A stretch of 63,809 nt of DNA, filler included, from Octopus bimaculoides (taxonomy: Eukaryota): the NCBI RefSeq assembly GCF_001194135.2. It is 7 parts of 6 records of this genome, joined end to end, with 100 filler letters (N's around TTAATTAATTAA, not from the genome) between each part and the next. Parts side by side here need not be neighbours in the genome. Positions count along the whole stretch, not along the records: positions 61,773 to 63,809 come from NC_068983.1; 6 more parts are not named here. One strand, 5' to 3'. Below, one piece after another: positions 62,903 through 63,809 of this stretch; position 1 is the first letter of the stretch; the number at the start of each line of letters is the position of its first letter. The position numbers and the translations under genes are program-made. The notes beneath the pieces are model-generated. The model did no database searches. It saw nothing but the letters and a program-made list of their open reading frames with translations, and was not told the DNA's origin.

Positions 62903-63459
62903 TTTATTGATATTTTGATATGAAGTTAGAAATACATCTTCAATATCTGAGTTATTTATTTTCAACATCTTTTTATCTGCAAAAATTATTCAATGTGAAA
63001 CTATATTTTCAATTGATTTAAAAGAATGAATTGATCTTTCACAACAACGTATGTTTAAGTATTCCATTGAATAATGGTGTACTTAATACGCTGAGGAATA
63101 TTGCGAGAAATCTCTGAAAAATGCCAGAGAAAAAAATTATTCTTTATGCTGATATAATTCTTGGCGATATCAACCACTCTTCCTATATATGGAAGTGGAT
63201 TTTCTATAGACATCAGAATACATCTGTAATTGTCATTTGCAGAGTTATCTCCCCGAAGATCTCCACAGAAAGGGACGAAGCTGTATGATGTATGACATGT
63301 CAACTATTATCCTTTCTTTATGTTTCTTAAGAACTTGGCTTAGCAATCTACAAGATATTAAACTATATTTCATAAGAATACAGTGGGTAACAAAAATCTG
63401 TATTGAAATATATTTTCTTAACAAACGACAAAACTAAGATATTTAAAACTTTCACGTTA

Positions 63460-63809
63460 TCTATACTATATATAAAACAGAGGTGTGTGTGTAATCGCTT
63501 TTCACGTGAAAACGGCTTCACTATTTACTTCCATACTTGTGATACATAAATAATTTGACCTCGGATAAATCTTAGGCTCTTCATTTCATTTTTTAAATCT
63601 CTAATTAAAAATAAATAATATTGCTTTATATTTAAGATTCACTTCTTTAAAAAGGTTTCTCAATGTCAACTTCCGGTACGGACGTGAAAAAACGGCGACG
63701 TCTCTCACTCTCTACTACGATCAATTACTGAAACACATATTTACGAAGTTCATAAATTTCAATATTCCGTACAAGATAGTTTTTAACGTGCTTTTATTTA
63801 TACGCTTTT
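63460..63809 (+). mobile_element. Probable non-autonomous Helitron 5' portion (runs off window)
   Basis: A|TCTATACTATATATAAAAC followed by a (GT)n patch, a typical 5' end; 3' end not visible. Confidence 0.45.

Overview
This is an AT-rich, microsatellite- and gap-ridden eukaryotic scaffold segment. The SINE families and overall texture suggest a coleoid cephalopod, probably an octopus (inference, not verified). I find no intact protein-coding gene; almost all long entries in the ORF track are microsatellite or N-gap artefacts. The window is a transposon graveyard: at least three tRNA-derived SINE families (working labels A, B, C/D), plus remnants of CR1/L2-group, RTE and R4/Dong-like LINEs, Penelope GIY-YIG elements, mariner, Tc1, pogo/Tigger-type MITEs and Helitrons. 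It carries one plausible tRNA-Ala(CGC) gene (35205-35276, minus) and a decayed duplicate. The main signal the ORF track misses is a frameshifted, stop-containing plexin-like exon (PSI + TIG region, 24896-25345, plus), with weaker collinear plexin-like remnants from about 20.5 to 33.6 kb, i.e. a probable unprocessed plexin pseudogene. Also notable: a covarying 3' stem-loop shared by SINE B and the CR1/L2-group LINE, hammerhead-ribozyme-like cores in Penelope-type termini, and weak beta-propeller and kinase remnants. All protein-family comparisons are from recalled consensus motifs, not computed alignments.
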